Assembly: GCA_964487335.1 (NCBI GenBank)
Contig: CAZAPT010000040.1
Coordinates: 1 to 25,217, forward strand
DNA from: an uncultured Dehalococcoidia bacterium
GTDB lineage: Bacteria > Chloroflexota > Dehalococcoidia > DSTF01 > JACRBR01
DNA length: 25,217 nt
Direction of reading: 5' to 3'
In this document: piece after piece, positions 14,745 to 23,337 of the stretch
Numbering within the stretch: the first letter of the stretch is position 1
How the letters are laid out: each line of letters begins with the position of its first letter
Notes under the pieces: model-generated
Seen by the model: the letters and a program-made list of their open reading frames with translations, nothing else
Told to the model about the DNA's origin: nothing
Database searches by the model: none
Made by a program: the position numbers and the translations under genes

Positions 14745-16562
14745 GTGCTCAAGACGCGGTACTGCGGCGACCTTCGCGCAGCCGACGCCGGCGCCGAAGT
14801 CATACTCGCCGGCTGGGTGCACCGCCGACGGGACCAGGGCGGCCTGATCTTCATCGACCTCCGCGACAGCCGCGGCATCGTCCAGGTCGTCTTCCACTCG
14901 CAGGAAGGCGCCGAAGCGCACGCCGTCGCCTCTGAGGCGCGCCCTGAGTACGTCCTGCGCGTCGAAGGCCGCGTCGCCAGGCGCCGGCCCGGCACGGAGA
15001 ACGAGAAGCTGCCCACGGGCGAGGTCGAGGTCCGGGCGGAACGCGCGGAGATCCTGAACGCAGCCAAGACGCCGCCGTTCTACATCAACGAAGAATCCGA
15101 CGTAGACGACGCCCTCCGCCTTCGGTACCGATACCTCGACCTGCGGCGCGAGCGCATGCACAACAACATCGTCCTGCGCCACGGGATCGTCGCCGCCATC
15201 CGCCGCTTCCTGGCCGAACGCAACTTCATCGAGATCGAGACGCCCACGCTCGCCAACCCCACGCCGGAGGGCTCGCGCGACTATCTCGTGCCGTCGCGCG
15301 TCAACCGCGGCAACTTCTACGCACTCCCGCAGTCGCCGCAGCAGTTCAAGCAGCTGCTGATGGTGGCCGGCTTCGAGCGCTACTTCCAGATCGCACGCTG
15401 CTACCGCGACGAGGACCTGCGCGTAGACCGCCAGCCGGAGTTCACGCAGCTCGACCTCGAGATGTCATTCGCCGAGCGCGAGGACATCATGCAGCTTATG
15501 GAGCAGCTCTACATCGAGATCGGCCAGGCGAATCGGCCGGACCTCAAAATCCCGGCCCCGTTCCAGCGCATGACGTACGACGAGGCGATGCGCCGATACG
15601 GAAGCGACAAGCCGGACGTGCGGTACGGCCTGGAGCTGATGGACCTCACCAACGTCGTGCGCGGTACCGAGTTCGGCGTCTTCCGCTCCGCCACCGACAG
15701 CGGCGGCGCAGTCGAAGGCATCGTCGTGCCCGGCGGCGCCTCTTTCAGCCGCAAGGACATCGACGCGCTCACGGAGTTCGTGAAACCGTACGGCGCGAAG
15801 GGCCTCGTATCGCTCGCCTACCTCGCCGATCCAGCGAACGCTTCCGAAGAGGAGATCCGATCGCCGGTGCTGAAGCACATCGGCCTCGACCTCGCCCGCT
15901 CGATCGGAAAGATCGCCGGCGCGCACAAGCACGACCTTGTGCTGATCGTGGCCGGCCAGGGCGGCATGCCCGCGAAGGCCGCGGGCTCAGCGGGCCGCGT
16001 GAAGCCCGCGCTCGATGCCCTGCGGCGCGAGCTGGCGTCGCGCCTAGACCTCGCGGACGCCAACACGCTGAAGTTCGTGTGGATCGTCGAGTTCCCGCTC
16101 TTCGAGTGGAGCGACGAGGACGAGCGCTTCTACAGCGTCACGCATCCCTTCACCGCTCCGCTCGACACCGACGCCGGCTTCGAGGAGGACCCGACCGCCG
16201 CGCACTCGAAGTCGTACGACCTCACGTGCAACGGTCAGGAGATCGGCGGCGGCAGCGTGCGCATCCACAACCGAGAGACGCAGCAGCGCGTCTTCCGAGC
16301 CCTGAGCCTCACCGACGAAGAGACGCGCGAGCGTTACTCGCACATGCTCGAGGCGTTCGAGTACGGCGCGCCGCCGCACGCCGGCATCGCGATGGGACTC
16401 GAGCGCACGGTGGCGCTCTACGCACAGGACCCCGACATCCGCGAGGTCATCGCGTTCCCGAAGACCAAGAGCGGCCAGGATCCGATGACCGGCGCGCCGA
16501 TGCCCGTCCGCCCGGAAGATCTCTCCGAGCTCGGCCTCCAGCTCTCACCGAAGAAGGACTAG
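14745..16562 (+). CDS. aspS: Aspartate--tRNA ligase (bacterial type)
   Basis: N-terminus after GTG 14745 (MLKTRYCGDLRAADAGAEVILAGWVHRRRDQGGLIFIDLRD) matches the canonical AspRS N-terminus, with GGAGG 4 nt upstream. It carries class II motifs FRDEDLRADRQPEFTQLD, the GAD insertion and the C-terminal GLERTVAL. The track ORF start 14586 adds non-homologous sequence. Confidence 0.92.
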   Translation: MLKTRYCGDLRAADAGAEVILAGWVHRRRDQGGLIFIDLRDSRGIVQVVFHSQEGAEAHAVASEARPEYVLRVEGRVARRRPGTENEKLPTGEVEVRAERAEILNAAKTPPFYINEESDVDDALRLRYRYLDLRRERMHNNIVLRHGIVAAIRRFLAERNFIEIETPTLANPTPEGSRDYLVPSRVNRGNFYALPQSPQQFKQLLMVAGFERYFQIARCYRDEDLRVDRQPEFTQLDLEMSFAEREDIMQLMEQLYIEIGQANRPDLKIPAPFQRMTYDEAMRRYGSDKPDVRYGLELMDLTNVVRGTEFGVFRSATDSGGAVEGIVVPGGASFSRKDIDALTEFVKPYGAKGLVSLAYLADPANASEEEIRSPVLKHIGLDLARSIGKIAGAHKHDLVLIVAGQGGMPAKAAGSAGRVKPALDALRRELASRLDLADANTLKFVWIVEFPLFEWSDEDERFYSVTHPFTAPLDTDAGFEEDPTAAHSKSYDLTCNGQEIGGGSVRIHNRETQQRVFRALSLTDEETRERYSHMLEAFEYGAPPHAGIAMGLERTVALYAQDPDIREVIAFPKTKSGQDPMTGAPMPVRPEDLSELGLQLSPKKD

Positions 16563-16579
16563 CCCGCCGGAACGGCCGC

Positions 16580-18214
16580 TCACTGCACTCGCGTCTGTTC
16601 GTACCACTCCGCGATATTCGAGAACCGCGACGCTGGGCTGAACAGCAGCGACTCCGCGTACGCCTGCACCTTCAGGCTCTGCACGTACGTGTACGAAGGC
16701 GCATATAGCGGGATCGCCGGCGCTGCCCCGACGAACGCATCTGCGAATTGGCCGTACAGGTCCTTCCGCCGCGCCATGTCCGAGGTCTGCCGCGCCCGTT
16801 CTAGCGCGTCGTCGATCTTCGTGTCGGAGATGCGCGACACGTTTCGGCCCGGAGGGTCCGCTTGGGTGCTGTGCCAGAACGGATACGGATCCGGGTCAGG
16901 CCCCGGGTCGATGATCGCGAGCGCCGCGTCGAATTTGCGTTGCAGCAGGTGGTCCTCGACGAACGAGCTTGCCGCCAGAGGCTGCACCGCCGCATCTACG
17001 TCCACCGTACGCCACTGCGCCGCGATCGCCTCCGCGAGCGCCACGCGCGCCGGTTCGTTCGGCACGGAAAGCGAGAATGCCAGCCGCACGCCGCCCTTCG
17101 AGCGGTATCCGTCGCTGCCGCGAACCCAGCCGGCCGCCTCCAGCGCGTCTGCCGCAGCGGACGCGTCGTACTCCGGCGCCCCGACGTTCGAGTACGCCCA
17201 CTCGCTCTTAGGGATGCCGTCGCCGGCGTCGGCGCCTCGTCCGCCGGCGATGTCCTGCACGAGTTGCGGCACATCGAGCGCGCGCCACAGCGCCGTGCGG
17301 ACCTTCGCATCGGCGAGTATCGTCGACCGCGTGTCGAAGTAGACGATGTTGAACGCCGTACCGGTCAGCTCGTGCAGGCTGAACTTCTCGCTCGCGCGCA
17401 GGAAGTCCAGTTCCGCCGGCGGCGTGTCCGGGTCGAGCAGCGCTCCGTCGATCGTGTCCTGGCGCAGCGCCGCGGCGATGCCATCCGCGTCAGGGAAGAT
17501 CTGGAAGTCCAGCGTCACGATCTTCGGCGGCCCCAGGTAGTACGTCGGATTGCGAGTCAGCGTCACCGTCTGGTTGTCCCGCGACGCGTATACGTAGGGT
17601 CCCGTCCCGACCGGACGCGCGTTGAACGCGGCGTTGAAGAGCTGGCCTGCATCGAGGCCGGTCAAGAGGTGGCGCGGCAGGATCCCGAGCGTGAGGTAGG
17701 CGAGGAACGGCGCGTAGGCTTGCTCGAGGCGGAACTCCACCGTCTCCGGATCGCGCGCGGTGACCACGACTCCCTGCATCACCTGCTTGAGCAGCGGGTC
17801 GCCCTTGAACCCGGGATCGAGGACCGCCTTGTACGTGAACGCCACGTCGTCCGCGCTGAACGGCTCGCCGTCGTGCCATGCGACGCCACGGCGAAGGTGG
17901 AAGACGTAGCTCTGCCCGCCGCCGGTGATCTCCCAGCGTTCCGCCAGGTCCGGCTGCGGCGTCCCGTCCGGCCCAAGCCGCACGAGGCCGCTGAACACGA
18001 GCGACACTAGGTCCTGGTCCGTCCGGTTCGTCCCCGCGAACAGCGGGTTGATGCGCTCCGGCGCGACCGTCACGCCCTCGACGTATCGCCCGCCGCTCGC
18101 CGGCACCGCTTCGCCCTTCCGGTCCGAGAGCACGAAGTACCAGAACACGGCCACGATCGAGACGCCGGCAATCAGGGCAGCGAAAAAGGGCCATCGAGTC
18201 TGCGTCACCGGCAT
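16580..18214 (-). CDS. ABC transporter substrate-binding protein, family 5 (peptide/nickel/opine type), membrane-anchored
   Basis: N-terminal single TM WPFFAALIAGVSIVAVFWYFVL, then a 520-aa family-5 solute-binding protein fold (dipeptide/oligopeptide-binding like). There are no adjacent permease or ATPase genes. Confidence 0.8.
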   Translation of the reverse strand: MPVTQTRWPFFAALIAGVSIVAVFWYFVLSDRKGEAVPASGGRYVEGVTVAPERINPLFAGTNRTDQDLVSLVFSGLVRLGPDGTPQPDLAERWEITGGGQSYVFHLRRGVAWHDGEPFSADDVAFTYKAVLDPGFKGDPLLKQVMQGVVVTARDPETVEFRLEQAYAPFLAYLTLGILPRHLLTGLDAGQLFNAAFNARPVGTGPYVYASRDNQTVTLTRNPTYYLGPPKIVTLDFQIFPDADGIAAALRQDTIDGALLDPDTPPAELDFLRASEKFSLHELTGTAFNIVYFDTRSTILADAKVRTALWRALDVPQLVQDIAGGRGADAGDGIPKSEWAYSNVGAPEYDASAAADALEAAGWVRGSDGYRSKGGVRLAFSLSVPNEPARVALAEAIAAQWRTVDVDAAVQPLAASSFVEDHLLQRKFDAALAIIDPGPDPDPYPFWHSTQADPPGRNVSRISDTKIDDALERARQTSDMARRKDLYGQFADAFVGAAPAIPLYAPSYTYVQSLKVQAYAESLLFSPASRFSNIAEWYEQTRVQ

Positions 18215-18249
18215 CTCAATGGCCCTTCAGTGGCTGTGCGTGCGTCTGC

Positions 18250-18483
18250 TTAGCCCAGGTTCGCCCGTACTCCCCACGCCGACACCGCGAGGAAGATAAT
18301 CGCAAGCACGATGGTCAGCTGGAACAGCGTCTTCTCGACCCCTCGGCGCGTGCGGAAGCTGCTGCTCGTGCCGCCTCCGAGCGCCGTGCCGATACCGGAA
18401 CCCTTCGCCTGCAGCAGAATCACGACGGTCAGCGCGATCGCGACCAGGATCTGCGCGATGTCGATGTAGTCGGAGAACTTCAC
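18250..18483 (-). CDS. secG: Preprotein translocase subunit SecG
   Basis: 77 aa with two TM segments and the conserved LLQAKGSGIGTALGGGTSSSF loop. GTG start 18483 with GGAGGG 9 nt upstream. Confidence 0.85.
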   Translation of the reverse strand: MKFSDYIDIAQILVAIALTVVILLQAKGSGIGTALGGGTSSSFRTRRGVEKTLFQLTIVLAIIFLAVSAWGVRANLG

Positions 18484-18512
18484 GCCCGCATCCCTCCAAA
18501 CAATGTCGCCAC

Positions 18513-18542
18513 ATTAAACCACACTGGCGACCGCCTCCCCAA
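18513..18542 (-). promoter_or_regulatory. Candidate sigma70-type promoter for secG (TTGGGG-N18-TTTAAT with a TGg extended -10). It overlaps a 7-bp inverted repeat (GTCGCCA...TGGCGAC) plus a T-rich run that could instead terminate htpX.
   Basis: Minus-strand hexamers at 18537-18542 and 18513-18518, with the inverted repeat at about 18495-18527. Spacing and the TG motif are consistent with an extended -10 promoter. Confidence 0.35.
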
Positions 18543-18571
18543 CCTCGTAACCAGGTGCCCTCAGTGCTCTC

Positions 18572-19519
18572 TTACATCTCCCGGAGAAGCCGGATGCGCT
18601 CCTGAATCGGCGGGTGAGTATCGAAGAGGCCGTTCAAGAACGATGCGTGGTCCGACAGCGGGTTGCTGAAGTACAGGTGCGCTGTCGCCTTGTTTGCTTC
18701 CGCCAGCGGCGTCGGGTCGCCCGCGATCTTCTGCAGCGCATCGGCGATGGCGCCGGGGTTCCGGCACAGCAGCGCTCCCGAAGCGTCGGCCAGGTACTCG
18801 CGCTGCCGCGAGATCGCGAGCTGGATGAGCTGCGCCGCGATCGGCGCCAGGATCGCGAAGAGGATCGCGAGGCCGAGCAGCAGAGCGTACCCGCCGCCGC
18901 CGCGGTCGCGGTTGCTCTCTCGGTTCCCGGCGCCGATCCACGTCCATCGCAGGAAGAAGTCCGCGAGCAGCGCCACGAGCCCGACCAGCACGACGGTGAG
19001 CGTCATCACCCGGATGTCGTAGTTCCCGACGTGCGACATCTCGTGCGCGATCACGCCTTCCAGCTCCGCCTTGTCGAGCTTGTCGAGAAGGCCTCGCGTC
19101 GCGGTTACCGCCGCGCTCTTCGGGTCTCGGCCGGTCGCAAACGCGTTCGGGGCGCTGTCTTCGATGACGTACACCTTCGGCATCGGCAGCCCCGAACCGA
19201 TACTCAGGTTCTCGACGGCGCGATAGAGCTCCGGCTCTTCTTCCTTCGTGACTTCGTGCGCCTGGCTCACGCCGAGGGCGACGCTCGCGCTCACGTAGTA
19301 GCTGAAGATCGCGTACGCGGCGAGACCGGCGAAGAACACCGGCGCGAAGTACAGCGGGACGCCCAGCAGGTACGCGACGAGCGTCACGAAGGCGCCCAGC
19401 ACCACTACGAACAGCAACATCATGATCCACGTCTGGCGCCGGTTCTTCGCGATCCGGTCGTAGACGAGGACGTGCTCGGTTGGCTGCAGGCTGTCGGATG
19501 CCGGGTCGATGCCGGCCAT
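18572..19519 (-). CDS. htpX: HtpX-like M48 family membrane zinc metalloprotease
   Basis: Motifs HEMSHV and the downstream EYLADASGA glutamate. Four TM helices. Its start lies 3 nt after the lemA stop, implying translational coupling. Confidence 0.9.
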   Translation of the reverse strand: MAGIDPASDSLQPTEHVLVYDRIAKNRRQTWIMMLLFVVVLGAFVTLVAYLLGVPLYFAPVFFAGLAAYAIFSYYVSASVALGVSQAHEVTKEEEPELYRAVENLSIGSGLPMPKVYVIEDSAPNAFATGRDPKSAAVTATRGLLDKLDKAELEGVIAHEMSHVGNYDIRVMTLTVVLVGLVALLADFFLRWTWIGAGNRESNRDRGGGGYALLLGLAILFAILAPIAAQLIQLAISRQREYLADASGALLCRNPGAIADALQKIAGDPTPLAEANKATAHLYFSNPLSDHASFLNGLFDTHPPIQERIRLLREM

Positions 19520-19522
19520 CGA

Positions 19523-20110
19523 CTACGGGGTTGCGGCCGGCGGCGCCGACGTGAAGCTCACCTTCACGTCCTCTCGGGCCGCCTCTTCCGCCTCGAAGAA
19601 TTCGGCTGCTTGGAAGCCGAATATGTTGGCGAAGATCACCGAGGGGAACGTCTGCGTCTTCGTGTTATACGAGAGGACGTTCGTGTTGTAGAACTGCCGC
19701 GCGTAGGCAATCTTGTCCTCCGTGTCGGTCAGCTCTTCCTGCAGTTGCCGGAAGTTCTGGTCGGCCTTCAGGTTCGGATAGTTTTCCGCCACCGCGAACA
19801 GCGACCGCAACGTCTGAGTCAGCATGTTGTTCGCGTCCGCCGCCTGCCCCGGCGTCCCCGCCTGCTGCAACTGCGCCCGCGCCGACGTCACCGCTTCGAG
19901 CGTCCCGCGCTCGTGCGCGGCGTAGCCCTTCACTGTCTCGACGAGGTTCGGGATCAGCGATGCCCGCCGCTTCAACTGGACGTCGATGCCCGACCATGCT
20001 TCCTTCACCCGCAGCCGCGAGCTGACGAGCCCGTTGTACAGCCCGAGCATGATGAGCCCGAGGATGACAACGATCCCCACGACTACGAGCAGGATGATCA
20101 GCGTCGCCAT
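19523..20110 (-). CDS. lemA: LemA family membrane protein
   Basis: N-terminal [27 protein letters not shown], then the LemA core [40 protein letters not shown]...[38 protein letters not shown] Shine-Dalgarno 5 nt upstream of ATG 20110. Confidence 0.88.
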   Translation of the reverse strand: MATLIILLVVVGIVVILGLIMLGLYNGLVSSRLRVKEAWSGIDVQLKRRASLIPNLVETVKGYAAHERGTLEAVTSARAQLQQAGTPGQAADANNMLTQTLRSLFAVAENYPNLKADQNFRQLQEELTDTEDKIAYARQFYNTNVLSYNTKTQTFPSVIFANIFGFQAAEFFEAEEAAREDVKVSFTSAPPAATP

Positions 20111-20283
20111 GAGCGCCTCCGATCGGTCTTCGCTTCGATTGTATCACCCGTCTTGTCAACCACCCCGTTGGTATCCTCCGACCACGCGAGCGTTCTACTC
20201 ATCGCGTAGGGACAGACCTCGAAGAGTCGCGATGGCGACCATCGGGAACCCCTTCTGCACGAGGCGCTCACCGAGAGACGTTC

Positions 20284-21327
20284 ATGCTGAAGCTCGAGAT
20301 CTCCTATCGCGGCATGGTCGCCATCGGCGCGGCGCTCATCTCGCTCTGGCTGATCACGCAGCTCTGGCCCGTCATCCTGCTGGTCCTCACCGCGTTCATC
20401 TTCATGGCCGCGCTTCTCCCATACGTCGAGCGGCTCGTGCGACGCGGGCTCTCCCGCACCCTCGCCGTGGTCGTCATCCTGGTCGTCGTGTTCGGCGCGA
20501 TTGCCGGGCTCGCCGCGCTCGTCGTCCCGGCGATGGTCGATGAGTTCCAGAACATCAAGAACGACCTGCCCGAAGACGCCCGGCGATTACAGGACTTCCT
20601 CGCCAACCTGAACATCGACGTCGAGCTCGAGCAGCGCGCGCGTGACATCGACTGGGGATCGCTCGTCACCGGCCGTGCCGCGCTTAACTATGGCCAGCAG
20701 ATCTTCCAGACGACCCTCTCGATTCTCACGATCATCTTCCTGACGGTCTACTTGCTCATCGAAGCGCCGCGCCTGTCGAAGTTCCTCTACCAGTTCGTGC
20801 CGCCCGGCAGGGAGCCGGAGGTCGAGAACATCCTCCAGGAGCTGGGTCGCGTCGTCGGCGGCTATATCCGCGGGCAGTTCATCACGTCGGCGGCCATCGC
20901 CATCTACACGCTGGTCGTGCTGCTGATCTTCCGCGCCCCGAACGCGGTCGCCTTCGCGGTGCTCGCCGCCTTCGCCGATGTCATCCCGATCGTTGGGGCC
21001 GCGCTCTCGACCCTCCCCGCGCCGGTCGCGACCTTCCACGACTCGCCCACGCGCGCGCTCATCATCTTCGGCCTGCTCGTGCTGTACCAGCAGTTCGAGG
21101 ACCGCTATCTCGTCCCCCGCGTCTACGGCTCGACGCTCAACCTGCCACCGCTCATCGTGCTGATCGCCGTTCTCGCGGGAGCGGAGCTGCTCGGCGTCAC
21201 CGGCGTGCTGCTCGCGTTGCCGGCCGCCGCCGTCGGGCGCGTTGCGCTCGACTACTATATGGACAGGCGGAAGGCGTCGTTCGCGCCGCCTGGCCCGTCC
21301 GAAGAACCATTCGCGCCCGACACGTAG
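20284..21327 (+). CDS. AI-2E family transporter (PerM/YdiK/TqsA-type, UPF0118)
   Basis: Eight TM helices with the topology and motifs of the AI-2E family (LVPRVYGSTLNLPPLIVLIAVLAGAELLGVTGVLLALP). Confidence 0.85.
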   Translation: MLKLEISYRGMVAIGAALISLWLITQLWPVILLVLTAFIFMAALLPYVERLVRRGLSRTLAVVVILVVVFGAIAGLAALVVPAMVDEFQNIKNDLPEDARRLQDFLANLNIDVELEQRARDIDWGSLVTGRAALNYGQQIFQTTLSILTIIFLTVYLLIEAPRLSKFLYQFVPPGREPEVENILQELGRVVGGYIRGQFITSAAIAIYTLVVLLIFRAPNAVAFAVLAAFADVIPIVGAALSTLPAPVATFHDSPTRALIIFGLLVLYQQFEDRYLVPRVYGSTLNLPPLIVLIAVLAGAELLGVTGVLLALPAAAVGRVALDYYMDRRKASFAPPGPSEEPFAPDT

Positions 21328-21339
21328 TCCGGGGCATCC

Positions 21340-21591
21340 ATGGCTGTTGAACGCGCCGTCGGCAAATGCGAGGAGAACCACCCGGGCTCGTACGGCTATC
21401 CGACGCGGCCCGACAACGCGTATCCGTTCTGCTCGCAGTGCGGGAAGGCGATGGTGTGGGAGTGTCCCAATTGTCAGGCGCAGTTGCCGGAGGACAGCTC
21501 CGAACTGCTCCTCGCGCGCTTCTGTCGAGAGTGCGGCACGCCGTACTGCAGCAGCGATAGCACCCCGTCCGCGCGCGCCAGATCGTCCTGA
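21340..21591 (+). CDS. Small (83 aa) Cys-rich double zinc-ribbon protein, hypothetical
   Basis: Motifs CSQCGKAMVWECPNCQ and CRECGTPYC give two CxxC...CxxC pairs. Third-position GC content is typical of local coding sequence. It sits 12 nt after the AI-2E stop. The overlapping frame 21366..21560 is Arg-rich and rejected. Confidence 0.5.
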   Translation: MAVERAVGKCEENHPGSYGYPTRPDNAYPFCSQCGKAMVWECPNCQAQLPEDSSELLLARFCRECGTPYCSSDSTPSARARSS

Positions 21592-21666
21592 GATTTCACA
21601 ACTTCCTCACATCTTCACCGATGTGCGTACTGTCGCTCGCACCGCCTACGTTTACGATGAGCGAAG

Positions 21667-22791
21667 ATGCGCTCGTCCTCGTTCGCATTCGCGTTCTTCG
21701 TGGTCGCGCTGATCGCCGCCGCCTGCACGGGCGGCTCCGGCGGCAGCAAGACTGCGACGCCCGGCACCTCTACGTCAAACACGCCGCTGTCCGGCGGCAG
21801 CACCCAGGCGACGCCCTCCAGCGCGCCAGCGATCAGCAGCGATATCGGCCTGTCCGCCGTCGACATCGTGAAGAAGCTCGCGCCCTCCGTCGTTCGTGTC
21901 CAGACCGAAAGCGCCTCCATCGACACCTTCGGGAACCCCACCCCGTCATCGGGTGTGGGCACCGGCGTCATCATCGACACCGCGGGGCACATCGTCACCA
22001 ACAACCACGTAGTCACTACCGGTACCGGCGACACGCCCGCGCAGAACATCACCGTCACGCTCAGTGACCAGCGCACCGCTGTTGCCCGGATCGTCGGGCG
22101 CGACCAGCCTACGGACCTCGCCGTGATCCAGATCGATCAGTCGGACCTTTCGCCGGCGAACTTCGGTAGCTCCGGGGAACTGCAGGTCGGGCAGGAAGTC
22201 CTGGCGATCGGCTACGCGCTCGACTTGCAGGGCGCCCCGTCCGTCACGAAGGGCGTCGTCAGCGCCCTCCGCCGCACGATCCAGGAGCAGCCCTACACGA
22301 TCCCCGACGCCATCCAGACTGACGCCGGCATCAATCCCGGGAACTCCGGTGGCCCGCTCGTCGATGCTAACGCCGATGTCGTCGGCATCAACGCCGCGAT
22401 CATCCAGGGCGCGCAGTCGATCGGCTTCTCGATCTCCTCCGCTGTCGTGCAGCCCACCGTGCAGGCGTTGATCGCTAACGGAAAGATCGACCGCGCGTAC
22501 CTCGGCGTCGGCACTGTCGATGTCACGGACGCCATCGCGAAGAACTTCGGCCTGCCGGTCAACAACGGTGTGGCGGTCACCGCCGTCGGCAGCGGCAGCC
22601 CCGCTGCGCAGGCTGGCCTTCGCACGAACGACGTGATCGTCAACGTCGATGGCCAGGACGTGGCGAACAGCGGCGACCTTCTCGCCATCCTCGCGAAGCA
22701 CAAGGCCGGCGACACCGTGAGCGTCACCTATTACCGCGGCGCCAGCAAGCAGACGACCGACGTCACCCTCGCATCGCGGCCCAACGTCTGA
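21667..22791 (+). CDS. htrA: HtrA/DegP family serine protease (trypsin-like S1C domain plus one PDZ domain), probable lipoprotein
   Basis: Lipobox-like AAACTGGS after the signal sequence. Catalytic-triad motifs HIVTNNHVV, DLAVIQI and GNSGGPLV. The C-terminal PDZ region is GVAVTAVGSGSPAAQAGLRTNDVIVNVDG. Confidence 0.88.
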   Translation: MRSSSFAFAFFVVALIAAACTGGSGGSKTATPGTSTSNTPLSGGSTQATPSSAPAISSDIGLSAVDIVKKLAPSVVRVQTESASIDTFGNPTPSSGVGTGVIIDTAGHIVTNNHVVTTGTGDTPAQNITVTLSDQRTAVARIVGRDQPTDLAVIQIDQSDLSPANFGSSGELQVGQEVLAIGYALDLQGAPSVTKGVVSALRRTIQEQPYTIPDAIQTDAGINPGNSGGPLVDANADVVGINAAIIQGAQSIGFSISSAVVQPTVQALIANGKIDRAYLGVGTVDVTDAIAKNFGLPVNNGVAVTAVGSGSPAAQAGLRTNDVIVNVDGQDVANSGDLLAILAKHKAGDTVSVTYYRGASKQTTDVTLASRPNV

Positions 22792-22914
22792 TCGCCCCAG
22801 GTCGGAGGCACTCGCTTCCTCCTCGCTGATCCCGGATCCGATCGAGAATTTGCGACGCTGATCGCCGCTGTGTAGATTTGCTCGGGTGGCGGGCGGTCTG
22901 GAGGATACGCCAGA

Positions 22915-23307
22915 GTGTCCCGGCTGCCGCATCTATCGCCGACACCGCTCGTCGTCCTCGCGGCTGCGCTGATCATCGGTTACGTCGTCTTCACCACCGC
23001 GCACTACGTCCTCCACGACTACCAGATCCGCCACGAAGAGACGGCCGCTCGCGCCGACATGGCCCGCCTCGACACCGACCACGCGCAACTCCTCGCCCTG
23101 CGCGACTACCTCAAGTCCGACGAGTATGTCGAAGAAGTCGCGCGCCGTGTCCTCGGCCTCGTCCGCCCGGGCGAAACGCTGGTCATCGTCTCCGGTCCGG
23201 ACGGCGCCTCCGTCACAGCCACGCCGCCCGTCGTCGACATGACGCCCGGCGACCCGTGGTGGAAGGAGTTCCTCGCGCCGGAGCCCGCCGTCACTCCATC
23301 GCCGTAG
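22915..23307 (+). CDS. Septum formation initiator family protein (FtsB/DivIC-like)
   Basis: N-terminal TM LVVLAAALIIGYVVF, a short coiled-coil region, and the conserved DEYVEEVARRVLGLVRPGETLVIV block of DivIC/FtsB. GTG 22915 with GGAGG 10 nt upstream. It sits immediately upstream of tilS, a conserved neighbourhood. Confidence 0.7.
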   Translation: MSRLPHLSPTPLVVLAAALIIGYVVFTTAHYVLHDYQIRHEETAARADMARLDTDHAQLLALRDYLKSDEYVEEVARRVLGLVRPGETLVIVSGPDGASVTATPPVVDMTPGDPWWKEFLAPEPAVTPSP

Positions 23308-23337
23308 CCGTCCCCAACACCGCGTTACCATTCCCGC

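Noticed and set aside
16563-16579. Bidirectional terminator between convergent aspS and SBP genes
   Set aside because: Only 17 nt with at most a 3-4 bp stem; not supportable as a terminator.
18614-20209. 531-aa + strand ORF spanning htpX and lemA
   Set aside because: Antisense to two well-supported genes; the translation is extremely Arg/Glu/Asp-rich with no domain features.
21366-21560. Alternative-frame 64-aa ORF overlapping the zinc-ribbon ORF
   Set aside because: Arg/Leu-rich with no Cys pattern; the 21340..21591 frame has the structured CxxC spacing and a better start context.
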